The notes beneath the pieces are model-generated. The model did no database searches and had not been told where the DNA came from. It saw only the letters and a list, made by a program, of their open reading frames with translations. Source: Chiloscyllium plagiosum (Eukaryota). From it: DNA of 55,927 nucleotides. Within the stretch, counting starts at the first letter, position 1, and every line of letters begins with the position of its first letter. Position numbers and translations under genes: made by a program. Location: the NCBI RefSeq assembly GCF_004010195.1, contig NC_057756.1:9807627-9863553 (forward strand), read 5' to 3'. Of this stretch, positions 24,640 to 38,094 are shown piece by piece.

Positions 24640-26700
24640 AACTTACAGAATTGTGGACACTATTCCCAAAGAAATCGCCCACTGCAACTTCTACCACCTG
24701 GCCTGGCTCATTCCCCAACACCAGGTCCAATATGGCCCCTTCCCTAGCTGGACTATTGACATACTGCTCCAGAAAACTTTGCTGGAAGCTCCTTACAAAT
24801 TCTGCCCCATCGAGGCCTCTGACAATGTTAGGAAAATTAAAATCTTCCATCACCACCACCCTGTTGCCTCTATATCTTTCCATAATCTGTTAACCTATTT
24901 GTTCTTCTACCTCACCCTCATGTTGGGAGGCCTGTAGTACAGCCCCAGCAATGTAACTGCACCCTTATTTCTCAGCACCACCCATCATGCCTCACTGCTT
25001 AAGCCCTCCATAGTGTCCTCCTTTAGCACAGCCGTGATATCAACCCTGACCAGAAATGCAACCCCCCCACCCCACCCCACACACCTCCCTCTCTGTCCTG
25101 TCTGAAGCATCTATATCCTGGAACATTTACTTGCCAATCATGTCCTTTCTTCAACCAAATCTCTGTGATTGTAATAATGTCATACTCCCAGGCACCAATC
25201 CAAGCCCTAAATTCATTTGCCTTACTCAATATACTCCTTGCATTAAAGCATACGCACTTCAGTCCACCAGTTCCTTTGCGTTCATCTGCTCTCTGCCTAC
25301 TCTTCTCCTTAGCAATGCTAACTTCATGATCGTGTTCCTTACAGTGTCTAATTTCCATCTCACTGTCTACTAGTCTTCTCTTCTGGTTCCCAGCCCTCTG
25401 CCACATGAGTTTAAACCCTCTCTGACAGCAGTAGCAAAAACACCCCCAAGGACATTAGTTCCAGTCTGGTTCAGGTGTAGACCATCCAATTTGCAATAGT
25501 CCCACCTTCCCCAGAACCAGTCCCAATGTCCCATAAATCTGAACCCCTCCCTCCTCCATCATTCCTCAAGCCACATGTTCATCCTGCCTATTTTTTCATT
25601 TCTACCCTGGCTAGCATGTGGCACTGGTAGCAATCCTGCGATCACTACCTTTTGAGGTGCTGCTCTTTAACTTCTCTCTCTTAGCTCCCTGATTTCTGCT
25701 TTCAGGACGCCATCTCGTTTTTTACTTATATCATTGGTTCTTATATGCACCACGACAACTGGCTGTTCATCCACCCCTTTCAGAATGTTCTGCAGCCGAT
25801 CGGTGACATCCCTGACCTGAGCACCTAGGAGGCATCATACCATCTAGGAGTCTCGCTTTTGGCCACAGATTGCCTATCTACTCCCCTTACAATAGAATCC
25901 CCTATGACTATGGCCCTATAAGCCTTTTTCCCGCCCTTCTGAATAGCAGAACCCACCATGTGCCATGATCCTGGCAACTGCTGCCCTCCCCTGTTGAGCC
26001 ATCTCCCCAACAGTATCCAAAACCGTATACCTGTTTTAGAGGGAGATGACCACAGGGGACACCTGCACTGCCTTCCTACTCTTTCTCTGCCTTTTGGTCA
26101 CCTATTAACTGTCTCCCTCAGCAATTCTAATCTGTGGTGTGACCAGTTCAGTAAACGTGCTATCCACGACCTCCTCAGCATCGTGGATGCTCCTCAGTGA
26201 GTCAATCCGCAGCTCCAGAGCCTTCATGTGGTCAAACAAGAGCTGCAGCTAGACACGTTTTGCAACTGTAGGAGTCAGCCATGTCCCTGAGCTCCCACAT
26301 TAAGCAAGAGGCACATGTCACGAGTCTGAGGTTCCCTGCCATTGGAAGCCTTAGCTTTAACTCAACTAACTAATACCAAACAATGCTCTTAAATATATAA
26401 AAGAAAAAATCCTTACAGAGTCCTTTTCTTCTGGTTAGAGGAGGGGAGCGGGAGGGAGATACTACACATGTAGCATCTTGGGTTTAGTCGCTGCCCAAAT
26501 ATATACTAAGTCCTTATCTTCCCAGCAACCTCCTGGTCCCAATGTCACCCCCTGCTCTGTCTCCCGCTGCTCCTGGACAGGAAAAAGGCTACGGCTTCGA
26601 AGGTAAGTATTTATACTGTTCACTTATCTTCCCGGCAACCTCCTGGTGCCAACGTCACCTCCACTCTGTCCTCTGCTGCTCCCAGAAAGGAAAAAGGAAA
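24640..26700 (-). mobile_element. 5' half of a CR1 LINE (duplicated 5'UTR units, ORF1, APE start)
   Basis: AIVIGDSIVRGVDR, LKCVCFNARSILSK, VVVMEDFNFPNI, ILDLVLGNEPGQV on the minus strand. Confidence 0.85.
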
Positions 26701-26784
26701 TCTCCTGTGAAGTTTGGAGTCTTTTTACATACATGTACACAAAACTGACAGATTAGACTTTCTCAACTTCTGATAACTTCATTA

Positions 26785-27336
26785 AAATTCACACAACACC
26801 AGGTTATAGTCCAACAGGTGTATTTGGAAGCACTAGCTTTTGAAGCGCTGCTCCTTCATCAGCTGCTTGTGGACCCAGTTACAATGCTCAGTGAACTGTT
26901 CTCTAAGTTTACACTTGGTCTCCTTGATGTAGAGAGGACCACAAATGGAGCACCTGATGCAGTAAACTAGGCTGGAAAACAGGCAGGTGAACCTGAAGGG
27001 ACTGTTTGGGGCCCTGAATGGAGGTGACGAGGGTAGTGTACCAGCAGGTTTTGCATCTTTTCTGGTTGCAAGGGAAGGTATGTGGGGGTTCTGGGGGCTT
27101 CGGTGGGGAGAGTGGTGCAAACCAGGACTGCCGAAGGGAATGATCCTTACGGGAGGCAGGGGTAGGGAAGGGAAGATGTTCTTGGTGATGGGGTCTAGTT
27201 GGAGTTGACAGAAGTATTTAAGGATGATGCATTGGATGACGAAGAGACATTTCACTCATGAGCATCCCAGAACAACGTGTTTTTCCTCCCTCTATCCCTC
27301 TATCATCCGGAAAGCCCTCCTCTGCACCACCTCCAT
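26785..27336 (-). mobile_element. Penelope-like GIY-YIG fragment
   Basis: FTCLFSSLVYCIRCSICGPLYIKETKCKLREQFTEH. Confidence 0.75.
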
Positions 27337-27650
27337 TAGATTAGATTAGATTACTTACAGTGTGGAAACAGGCCCTTCGGCCCAACAAGTCCATACCGAC
27401 CCGCCGAAGCACAACCCACCCATTCCCCTACATTTACCCCTTTACTTAACACTACGAGGAATTTTAGCATGGCCAATTCACCTGACCTGCACATCTTTGG
27501 ACTGTGGGAGGAAACCGGAGCACCCGGAGGAAACCCACGCAGACACGGGGAGAATGTGCAAACTCCACACAGTCAGTCGCCTGAGTCGGGAATTGAACCC
27601 CGGTCTCTGGTGCTGTGAGGCAGCAGTGCTAACCAGTGTGCCACCGTGCC
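27337..27650 (-). mobile_element. HE1-type SINE with (ctaat)n tail
   Basis: Reverse complement of the SINE head and core; attag repeats at the tail. Confidence 0.9.
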
Positions 27651-28289
27651 TCCATTCTCGAGCATAAACTTAGGGAACAGTTCGCCGAGTATTGCAGGCG
27701 GGGCTGACCGGACCTCCCAGTCATCACTGATTTTAATTCCTCTTCCCACTCTTTTTCTGACATGATCATCCTTGGCCTCCTCCATTGTTGCAATGAAGCA
27801 TACTGAAAATTGAATGAACAACCCCATATCTTCCGCCTTGGAAGTCTACAGTCCGAAGAACTCAACATTGAGTTCTCCAATTTCAAATAAGTTCCCTTGC
27901 TGGAACACACATTATAGCAGAACCGCCTGCGTTATACCTAATTAGCTTGTGTTTTTATCTTGCACCTAATAAAGTTCTGTCTTGTTAAAGAACTGTGAAT
28001 GACCCCAAGTTCACTAAAATAATAATTTTTTAAAAATATCGGGTTTGGTTCTGACTTGTCCAGTAATACCATCTACTGGAATCTTAACAATTTCATTATC
28101 AGTTTCTTGGTTCTCCTTTGCTACACTTAAAATTGCTCAACACCCTTGCTTGGGCTTACCACTTATTCAGACAACTTTGTGGGCCACCTTTTGTGATCTA
28201 ATGCAGTCTCTAACACCTTTGAGCGACAGAAAATTCACATTGTTGGGTCTTTGTATCTCAGATGACTGCATTTTTGTTGTATGCAGAGA

Positions 28290-29278
28290 ATAGTGATAAT
28301 GGGTTGTTACTCAGCTTGGAGGACTGTGACTACTGGTGTGCCACAACAGTGCTGGGTCCACTGTTGTTCATCACTTACATATAGAATTTTGATGAGAATA
28401 TAGGAGGTATGGTTAGTAAATTTGCAGATGACAACAAAATTAGGTGACAGTGAAGGTTATCTAATAGTAGAATGGGATCTTGATTAACTGGTCCAATAGG
28501 CAGAGGAATGGCAGATGGGAGTTTAATTCAGATAAATGAGAAGTGTTGCATTTTGGTAAAACAAACCGGGGTAGAATTTAACAATTAACGGTGGAGCCCA
28601 GGGGAGTGTTGTTGAACAGAAAGACCTAGGGGTGCATATACATAGTTCCTTGAAAATGTCGTCTCAGGTAAATAAGGTGGTGAAGAAGGTGTTTGATATG
28701 TTTACCTTCATCAGTCAGAGTATTAATTATAGGATTTGGCGCATAATGTTACAACTGTACGAGACACTAGTAGAGCTACATTTGATTTACTGCATACAGA
28801 TCTGATTGCCCTTCTTTAGGAAGGATGTTCTTAAATTGGAAAGGCTGCAAAAAAGATTCTAACAATGTTACTGAGACTGGAGGGTTTGAGTTGTAAGGAA
28901 AGGCTGGCACTTTTTTTTCTGGAGTGTGGGAGACTGAGAATGAATTTATAGAAGCTTGTGAAATCATGATGGGGCTTAGATAAGGTGAATAACAAAGGTA
29001 TTTCCCCAAGGTGGAGAATATCTAGAAGACATAGATTTAAGGTGAGAGAAGAAAAATTTAACAGGGACCTGAGGAACAACTTTTTCACTAGAGGGTTGTG
29101 TGGGTATGGAATTAACTGCCAGGGGAAGTGGTAGAGACAAGTACAATTTAAAAGATATTTGGAGAGGTACATGAACAGGAAAGATTTAGAGGAAATATGG
29201 GCCAAATGTAGGCAAATGAAATGAGTTCATTTTAGGAAACCTGGACAGCATGGTCAAATTTCTGTGCTGTTTGACTCT
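28290..29278 (+). mobile_element. CR1 (HER1-like) LINE 3' portion
   Basis: VSKFADDNKI, DLGVHIHSS and a characteristic CR1 3' end. Confidence 0.8.
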
Positions 29279-29417
29279 TGGACGGTATGAGGTTGAAGTA
29301 GTTGCATTCACCTTCAGCCATAAATACCAAGAGCTTGGTTCACCTTGGCCTCCTATTGAGATTCCCATTGTCATAGATGCAAATCTGCAGCCAATTTGAT
29401 TCATTCCACTGTGGAAT

Positions 29418-29732
29418 GGCATGGTGGCTCAGTGGTTAGCACTGCTGCCTCACAGTGCCAGGGACCCAGATTCAATTCCCACCTCGGTCTGTGTGGAGTT
29501 TGCACATTCTCCCTGTGTCTGCGTGGGTTTCCTCCGGGTTCTCCAGTCCTTCCCACAATCCAAAGATGTGTAGGTCAGGTGAATTGGCCATGCTAAATTG
29601 CCCAAAGTGTTAGGTGCATCAGTCAGGGATCAATGTAGGGTAGGGAAATGGGTCAGGGTGGGTTTCTTTTCAGTGGGTCAATGTGGACTTAATGAGCCAA
29701 ATGACCTGTTTCCATATTGTATAGGATCTAAT
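29418..29732 (+). mobile_element. HE1-type SINE
   Basis: Same head, core and tail as the other copies. Confidence 0.85.
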
Positions 29733-30688
29733 ATCAAGAAACAGCGAAAAGCACTAGAAAGGGCATTATCTCTTTTTACATTCGTCATTTATATTGAAGA
29801 CATTAATGATTTAGAAGTAGTAGCATGACTAGATATAACACCAAATTAACCCAACAAAATTGCACAAGATTTCCCTGTCCACTAAAAACAGGGCAAATTC
29901 AATCCAGTCAATTACCGCATTATTATTCTACCTTTGATTAGCAAAGTGATGCAGGGGGCCATTGACTGTACAATGAAATGACGCCTGCAAAGTCATAATT
30001 TGCTCAATTACACACAGTTTAGATTCTGTCAGGGTCAGGGTCACTCACTTCACTTCAGACTTTATTGGTTCCAATTGGATGAATTTTCAAGCTAAGTTGG
30101 TGCAAAGAGTTGAAGGTTGAGAAGTTGATATGTTCCATTGTAAGCACCATTTCTGCTATTATTTCATTAAATCAATTCAAGCACCGGATCAAGGAGCTTA
30201 TCACATTCATGCTGCTAACTTTCTCTCCAATCTGAAGTCATATTTTCTTGGTTCCATATAGCATGCCTCTTCCCATTACTGAGAAAGGGAATCTTCCTGC
30301 AAGTCCTTACAGCCTGCAAGCTGCATCCATGCATTAAAGTATAGCATTATCAAGTTGGGAATCCATGACTAATGGTTCCTTCCTCTGAACCCTCACCTCT
30401 ATAATAGATGAATTGTTAGCTTTGTAATGTCTCACTTACATTTACATTGCATGTTCTCTCCTTATTCTTTTTAACCAAAATGTATCACTCATTTTTTCTG
30501 AATTTGATTTGCCACATATCTGCTCCTTCCATCAACTAACTCAGCTCCTCAAAGTCTGTTACTCATTTCCTTGTCGTTCACCATTTTTCCAAACTTTTGT
30601 GCCATATCCAAGTTTCAAAATTGTATCCTGCATCCTCAATTTCAAAATGTAAAACACATCAAAAATAGAAGTAGTCTAAGTACTTGTA

Positions 30689-30985
30689 CCATAGAATCAC
30701 AGAATCCCTACAGTGTGGAAACAGGCCATTTGGCCCAACACATCCACATCGAAGAGTAACCCACCCAGATCATTCCCCGACCCTACTACTTGACATTTAC
30801 CTCTGACTAACGCACCTAACTGACACATCCCTGAACACTATGGGCAATTTAGCATAGCCAGTTCACCAAACCTACACATCTTTGGATTGTGGGAGGAACC
30901 TGGACGAGCAGACACGGGGAGAATGTGCAAACTCCTCACAGACAGTCGCCTGAGGCCGGAATCAAACCCGGGTCCCTGGCGCTTG
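30689..30985 (-). mobile_element. HE1-type SINE (5' truncated)
   Basis: Reverse-complement core gaatgtgcaaactcc and SINE tail. Confidence 0.8.
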
Positions 30986-32737
30986 CAGACACATAGAAGC
31001 TAGGAATAGAAATGAGCCATTCAGCTCTTCAAGCTTGCTCAATATGATTATTCAACTCAGTACCCTGTTCTTAGTTTCACTCCATTTACCTTTATCTTTT
31101 TAGCTGTAAGAACATTTCTTAAAAACATTTAGTCTTTTTAGCCTCCATTGCCTTTTGTGGTAGCAAATTCCATAGGCTCACACTGTCTGTGAAGGAATTT
31201 ATCCTCACCTTAGTTCTAAATGGCCTACCGTGTATCCTTAAACTGTGACCCATGGTGCTCGACTCCCCTGATATTGGGAACATTTTTCCTGCATTTACTC
31301 TGTCTCATCCTATTAGAATTTCATATGAGTTTCAGTGAGATCACCAATCAGATTTCTAAAATCTGTCAATTTCACAATACCATTTTCCTACTAATACTGG
31401 CTTTGTTTTGGGTCCTCCCTCTCACTAGATCCTCCGTTCCACAACACATGTTTGGGGAATTATTTGTGTCCACTTTTCTGAAAGTGAGGACTGCAGATGC
31501 TGGAGATCAGAGTTGAAGAGTGTGGTGCTGGAAAAGCACAACCGGTCAAGCTGCATCCAAGGAGTAGGAAAGTCAACGTTTCAGGCCTTACTGATGGTGG
31601 ATCCAAATATGTATTAAATTGGTCTGCCATCTTTGATTCCCACCCATTTCTGACTGTAAGGACCTACATTTGATATCACTCATCTCTTTCTCTTCAAATA
31701 CCAATAGAGCTTTTATAATGTTTGTATGTTCACCATAAGCTTACACTCAAATTCTATTTGGCCCCTCTGAATCAATCCCTTTGTCTTCCTTCACTGAAAC
31801 GTATACTGCTCCTATTCCTCAAGTGTGCTGCTTGTTTGTTGACTAATTTTTGTGTCCCTTCCTTGAATCTAATACTATCCCTAATTTCCCTTGTTAGCTA
31901 TGGTCGGGCAACATTCCCACATTATTTTTTAGCAGACAGAAATGAATAATTATTGCATTTCCGTGCACTCTTCAAATATTTGCTGAATAAGCAATCCATT
32001 AAGTAACGTTCCCTAATGTGTTTTAGCCAACTTGCATCTCATAACATTTCCCCCATTCCCCTTGTTTCTGAAAATTCAACTTTTAAATTTACCAAAGTTG
32101 CAACAGAAGTCGGGTTTGTTATAGATCAGGCCAGACCCCCTCAAAGCATGTTAAGAACGTAGCCTCGATCCTAACTTTTTTTATTTTAAAAGCAGACACA
32201 AAATGGATATTCCAGGTGTGATGCAGCTGGTCAAATTACTCGACTTCAAGCAAAACAGAATTTATTTAAAAATTACAGTTGAAACACAAACATAAGAAAA
32301 CAGCATTTAGAATGACAACTATTTGAAAACTGAACTGACTTGTTGCAGCAACATAACTTAAAGAACCATTCCAATTCCCACAACATCTCATAACATACCC
32401 CTTAGCAAAAGGTAAATTAAAACACAGATCCTTACAGACAGGAGAGATTTCAGAGAGAAAGCCAGTCAGGAACCATCTCCTGAAGCTTGGAGCCTTTCTC
32501 TGGACTGCAACAACTTCTCACTGCCTGCTAAAACTAAACCAAACTAGAAAAAAACCTGAACTGGGAGAACTGGCCACTCCATTGTTAGAGTAAACTTATC
32601 GGCACCTCTGCCTTTACTACCTCTCAAAAAAAAGAACAAAATCTTTTTAAAGTGACAGTGTCATCACAAGTTTATTTCACATACTCAGATGTGGAGGAAA
32701 TCTCACATCACAAGTACACTTACAAACATATGAGACA

Positions 32738-33075
32738 ATGGCCGAGTGGTACTATCACTAGATTATTAGTCCAGGGACCCAAGTAATGTTCTGGAGACCT
32801 GAATTCAAATCCCACCACAGCTGATAGTAAAATTTGAAGTCAATAAAAAGCATAGAATTAGGAGTTGACTGTTAACTGTGAAACTGTCATTGATTGCTGG
32901 AAAAATTCACTCGTGTTCTTTATGGAAGGAAATTGCTATTCTTACTTGGTCTGTCTTCCATGTGACTCCAGACTCACAGCAATATGGTTGACTCTTAACT
33001 GCCCTCTGGGCAATTAGGAACGGGCGATAAATGCTGGTGTAGCCAGTGATGCCCACATCCGATGAATAAATAAAA
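32738..33075 (+). mobile_element. Second tRNA-derived SINE-like family (related copies ~20850-21060, 34836-35010(-), 44140-44610, 55290-55577(-))
   Basis: Shared ttcaaatcccaccac head and ggaaggaaat...tgtgactccagac...cttaactgccctctg body. Confidence 0.6.
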
Positions 33076-35357
33076 ATATAGAACTGGGATAGACAAAGGG
33101 ATTACTTGATTAGTAAAATCTTAAATATAATGAAAACAAAATGTATCAGCTTGTCAGCGTCCTTCCAAGTTGAATAGCCATCATTCAGAATTGGAGCTGT
33201 CAGTCTGGAATTCCTTTGTGGGGACGGGTTGCTTGGTTAGAATGGGAAAAATAAACATGGGGAAACTTCTGTGCTCTTCAAAGGTATGACTAAGTGATCT
33301 GATAGGTCTACTGAAATAGAATAAAAGGAAATTTGGTTTAACAGTTTATCTGACAGACAGCTGTTTTATCTTTTACCTGAAGAGTCAAGACTTAATGTCC
33401 ATTCTGTAGAGCTGGGCATTCCAGTTTAGCAGTCCATGGAATACAGGATAGCATGTAATGTAATTCATTGGTGGAATTAGATACTTATTTTAGTAGTTTT
33501 CCTTTTTATTTGCTTTAATTGATATTATACCCATGTCATAAGAGATCAATATTAAAAATAATGTAGAATGATATAGTGCAGGTGGCCATTTGGCTGAAAG
33601 AGCCTGTGTTGGCTTTTTAAAGTACATGATATTCAATAAGCGAAAGCAAGCAGGTTATGCAAATTGTTTTAAAGTAGAATATAAGGTAAATTCAGTGTGA
33701 TAATGCTAATGAGGAATAGCCTGAGTTATGAAAGCTCCTGGTTCCTAATTGGCACCTTATTTTGAGGTATTTTGCAATTATCTTTACATTCAATAGATAT
33801 TGAAAGCTGGTTTGCCTTTCTGGAGTCTGAGCCTTTTTTTAAGACTGGAGCAGTTTTCAGAATTATTAGCAATTCATGCAAGGCATTAGAGAAATGATGA
33901 GCAAGAAACAGCATTTCAGGATGTTCACATGAATTCCACATTCTCAATGGGCGAGTGCTTGATTTACAATTGGCCTCTTCCTCATAGGCCTCCCCTGTAA
34001 TGTGAAACACGAGAGTCCATTAAGTTGTGCACATTCTCACCCTTGAAGGAGTGATAGCTGAGTGCAAGAACATTGCAGCCATCTGTGAAAGCAGATAAAT
34101 CTTCTAATAGGCATTTACACACTGCACCTCCCAACTCATTTTCTTCCATCAGTAGCTCCTGGGCCAGCAACACTAAACTTAAAATAGTGGATTCACCTAG
34201 TGAATTCAAATCTATCCAATCTTACTCTTCCCTATATTTGTAACCTTTTCCTCTAACTTTGAGGGGTTTTTTGACCATCTAATTCCAGTCTGTTGCATAT
34301 CCTTATTTCTTTCTGCCATTGATAGGTGTCACTTCNNNNNNNNNNNNNNNNNNNNNNNNNNNNNNNNNNNNNNNNNNNNNNNNNNNNNNNNNNNNNNNNN
34401 NNNNNNNNNNNNNNNNNNNNNNNNNNNNNNNNNNNNNNNNNNNNNNNNNNNNNNNNNNNNNNNNNNNNNNNNNNNNNNNNNNNNNNNNNNNNNNNNNNNN
34501 NNNNNNNNNNNNNNNNNNNNNNNNNNNNNNNNNNNNNNNNNNNNNNNNNNNNNNNNNNNNNNNNNNNNNNNNNNNNNNNNNNNNNNNNNNNNNNNNNNNN
34601 NNNNNNNNNNNNNNNNNNNNNNNNNNNNNNNNNNNNNNNNNNNNNNNNNNNNNNNNNNNNNNNNNNNNNNNNNNNNNNNNNNNNNNNNNNNNNNNNNNNN
34701 NNNNNNNNNNNNNNNNNNNNNNNNNNNNNNNNNNNNNNNNNNNNNNNNNNNNNNNNNNNNNNNNNNNNNNNNNNNNNNNNNNNNNNNNNNNNNNNNNNNN
34801 NNNNNNNNNNNNNNNNNNNNNNNNNNNNNNNNNNNTTAGTGAACCAGACAGGATTTTCCCGAATAATTGACAATGGATCCCAGGTCATCACAGATTCTTG
34901 ATTCCAGATATTTATTCCATGGCAGGATTTGAACACAGGTCCCCAAAATATTACCAGGATCTCCGGGGTAAGAGTCCAGCAATAATACCACTTGGCCATT
35001 GCCTCCCCATAGTTTCCAATGGAGTTAAGTCACAGTGAGGTGAGAGAATCTTTCCACCATATTTACAATGGAGTTAAGAAACAATAATTGTTGAGTCTTT
35101 ACCTTGTCAAATTGATGACTTGGTGATGGTTTATGAATGTGGTCCCACTGTGTGTAGGATGTTGTTAACTTGCGCTGGAGAGGGGAACGCTCCCATTGTG
35201 TTTATGATCTGGCTCCCCCCCATAATGAGTGGGGAGCTTTCCACCCATGTTTTATTTAGAAGTCGATAACTAAACAGCACGAGGACCTGTGTGATAGCTG
35301 GAAATAGGTCACCCAGTCATTGCTTTCTTAGTGAAGAGAGCTGTTGTTGAACCGAGC

Positions 35358-35893
35358 ACAGAATCCGACAGTGTGGAAACAGGCCATTCAACTCAACAAG
35401 TCCACACTGACCCTCTGAAGAGCAACCAACCCAGACCCATTCCCCCTACCCTATGACTCTACATTTTCCCCTGATTAATGTACCTAATCTGCACATCCGT
35501 GGACACTATGGGACAATTTCCCATGACCAATCCACCCTAACCCGCACAGCCCTGGGCACTATGGGAAAATGTCCCATGGCCAATCCACCCTAACCTGCAC
35601 ATCCCGGGGCACTATGGGACAATTTCCCATGGCCAATCCACCCTAACCTGCACATCCCTGGACACTATGGGACAATTTCCCATGGCCAATCCACCTAACC
35701 TCCACATCCTTGGACACTATGGGACAATTTCCCATGGCCAATCCACCCTAACCTGCACATCTTCAGACTATGGGAGGAAACCCACGCAGTCACAGGGAGA
35801 ATGAGCAAACCCCACACAGACAGTCACCCGTGGGTGGAATCAAACCTAGGTCCCGGGTGCTGTGAGGCAGCAGTGCTAACCACTGAGCCACCC
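35358..35893 (-). mobile_element. HE1-type SINE with internal ~53-bp tandem amplification (~5 units)
   Basis: Repeated ggacactatgggacaatttcccatggccaatccaccctaacctgcacatcc between SINE head and tail. Confidence 0.85.
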
Positions 35894-36145
35894 CAAGTGG
35901 GGGGAGGTTTGTCTTGTGCACCCTGGAGACCGTAGCTACTCCTGAACCCAATATCACCACAAGAACGGTCAAGACAGGACATTTGACCCTGGCCGGCTGT
36001 GGAATCTTACTGTGCCCCATGTTTCCTGTATTGCAATGGCTGCCCTACTTCAGAAAGCCCTTTGTCTGCAATGGGTATACGAACCCTATCACTCCCAGAG
36101 GACGGGAGCGGGTTGGGGGGGTAGACGGAGTTTTCCAGTTCTACC

Positions 36146-36165
36146 CGGACTCTGAACTTTGACCT
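36146..36165 (-). promoter_or_regulatory. DR1 nuclear-receptor element AGGTCA-A-AGTTCA(-G-AGTCCG), HNF4/RXR/PPAR type
   Basis: Consensus match read directly from the sequence. Confidence 0.45.
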
Positions 36166-36495
36166 GTCTGATCTCCTGGAAAACTAATCACCAAGGAGGA
36201 ACATTGCCTGGGAAGTGGAGTGGGATGGAGTTACATGCAGGTCTGTCAGGCTCACGAGTGTTGTTGAGTGATAGATGAGGGGTGTGGGAGGGGCAACTTG
36301 ACTGAGGTCTTTAAAGATAGGCAAGGGGTTTCAGTCAGGGAGTGGGGGGGGGGGGGTGAAGAAAAGAGGGGGATGATGATTCCCATTGTGTGGGGAGACC
36401 TGAACAAGGGCCCATTGACAGAAAACAGTCCCGAATAAATCCGACAGGGAATTCAGGAGAAACGTTACCACCCACCAAAAGAACGCTGGGGCCAT

Positions 36496-36646
36496 GTGGG
36501 ACACTCTCCCACAGGGAGTGTGGGACTCACTCCCACAGGGAGTGGGGGGGGGGTGGGGAGTGTGGGAACATGGGACTGACACCCACAGGGTGTTTGGCGG
36601 GGGTGTGGTGGGGGGAATGTGGGACTCACTCCCACAGGGAGTGGGG
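36496..36646. repeat. Short degenerate tandem repeat (gtgggactcactcccacagggagt)
   Basis: About 4 diverged copies with internal dyad symmetry. Confidence 0.6.
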
Positions 36647-36938
36647 AATGCGGACTGATTTGAAGTGGAGTGGGGATAAGACATGGAACCAAAGCAGATC
36701 GAGAGGCAGAGTGTGCGAGCGAGAGCAGGCAGCTCTATTGTTTGAGATGAGAACGGATCTCTAACTGCACACCCCTTCCTCCCCCACCCCACGCCAGGGT
36801 GGTGCGGGTCCTCCCGCAGTCAGCAACACCAGGCCATGGGATCAAACACAAATAGGGATAACGGACACCCATCCCTGATATCAGGACGACCAATCAGCAA
36901 TGGGCACATCAACATTTCAATCCCAACATCTGGAATAC

Positions 36939-36958
36939 AGGTCAGGGGTCAAAGGTCA
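36939..36958 (+). promoter_or_regulatory. Triple half-site DR1-DR1 element AGGTCA-G-GGGTCA-A-AGGTCA
   Basis: Three RGGTCA half-sites with 1-bp spacing. Confidence 0.5.
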
Positions 36959-38094
36959 GTCCTGGTCTGTGTGCAGGACAGATGAGCGAGTGGTTTGGCC
37001 AATTTGGGATCTTGCTGCACACAAGCGTTCACAGCCACTTTCCCGTGCATGACAACTCCTGGCCTTCGGGGAAGCCCTCTGGCCAAATCCTGAGGCCGTC
37101 AAAACAAGAGACAGGGTTTGTATTTCAGTGTCGCCCTCCGGGCAGGAGGTAAGGGCCAACAATCGGGTAAGAGTATCAACAACAACGCAGCCAGTGTCGA
37201 TTCAATGCAGGCCAGTTGGAACAGGCTCAGACAGAGCCCAAATTTCAAAACAACAAGTGTTCTCATGCTCAGTCAACAAACTTAAACTGACAGTTAAACA
37301 TTCGCACAGCCCTCATCCACAATCTTTCCCTAATCTTGCTCGCTTAGCTGCTCACTTGTAAACAGCTCCTTGGTTGAGTGTTTGCAATGACTGACGATTT
37401 TACAGGCAAGTTTCAGGTGGTATGGCTGAACTAACAAACTCCAATGGAATAAGCTGGATTGGGTTTGGGGGCAGGTGTTTATCTCCATAAAAGCTAGAGA
37501 CTGCAGGCATTAGATCCCCCAGGTCAGTGGTAATGGGACAGAGCATTCCCAGCTAGTCACCTTCCCTACAGCGGGATCACTAGATCATGTTGACATGACA
37601 CATTCCTTTACTTGATTCATCGCCCCCCCCCCCCCCCAAATTCAGGATATCAATTGGGTTTATGGACAACTCGGTCCGGTTGAGGGAATCAGGCCATCGG
37701 GGGGATTCACTAAAATGGGGAGGAACACTAACACAATCTGCTGGGTGAAAAGCTCAGGCATGGGCGTGTTAGATAATCCCCCTGGTGTCACCGCTCTTGG
37801 GGAAATTTTTACCTGTTCCACCTCACTGCCTGAGGACTCTCTCCTCCTTTTGGACAAGTGTCTCCCTGAATAGGTTCACGTGTCCTCATACTTGGAAACT
37901 AATTTAGATGGAGACCTTTATTCCAGTTCTGGAGGGGGGAAGAGAGAGGACACCCAGTTGTGGGTTCCAATCAATGGTTAGAGGGTGAGTTGGAACACTG
38001 CATCACTTGCTATTGACTAAACTGAAGACTCCCATGGTGTCAGACACAGACTCATCCATGACTTCCTGGAAAACCTCAGGTCTGAAACTGTCAA

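Noticed and set aside
32117..32668. Possible solo LTR (TG...CA)
   Set aside because: No clean TSD and no second copy in the window to support it.
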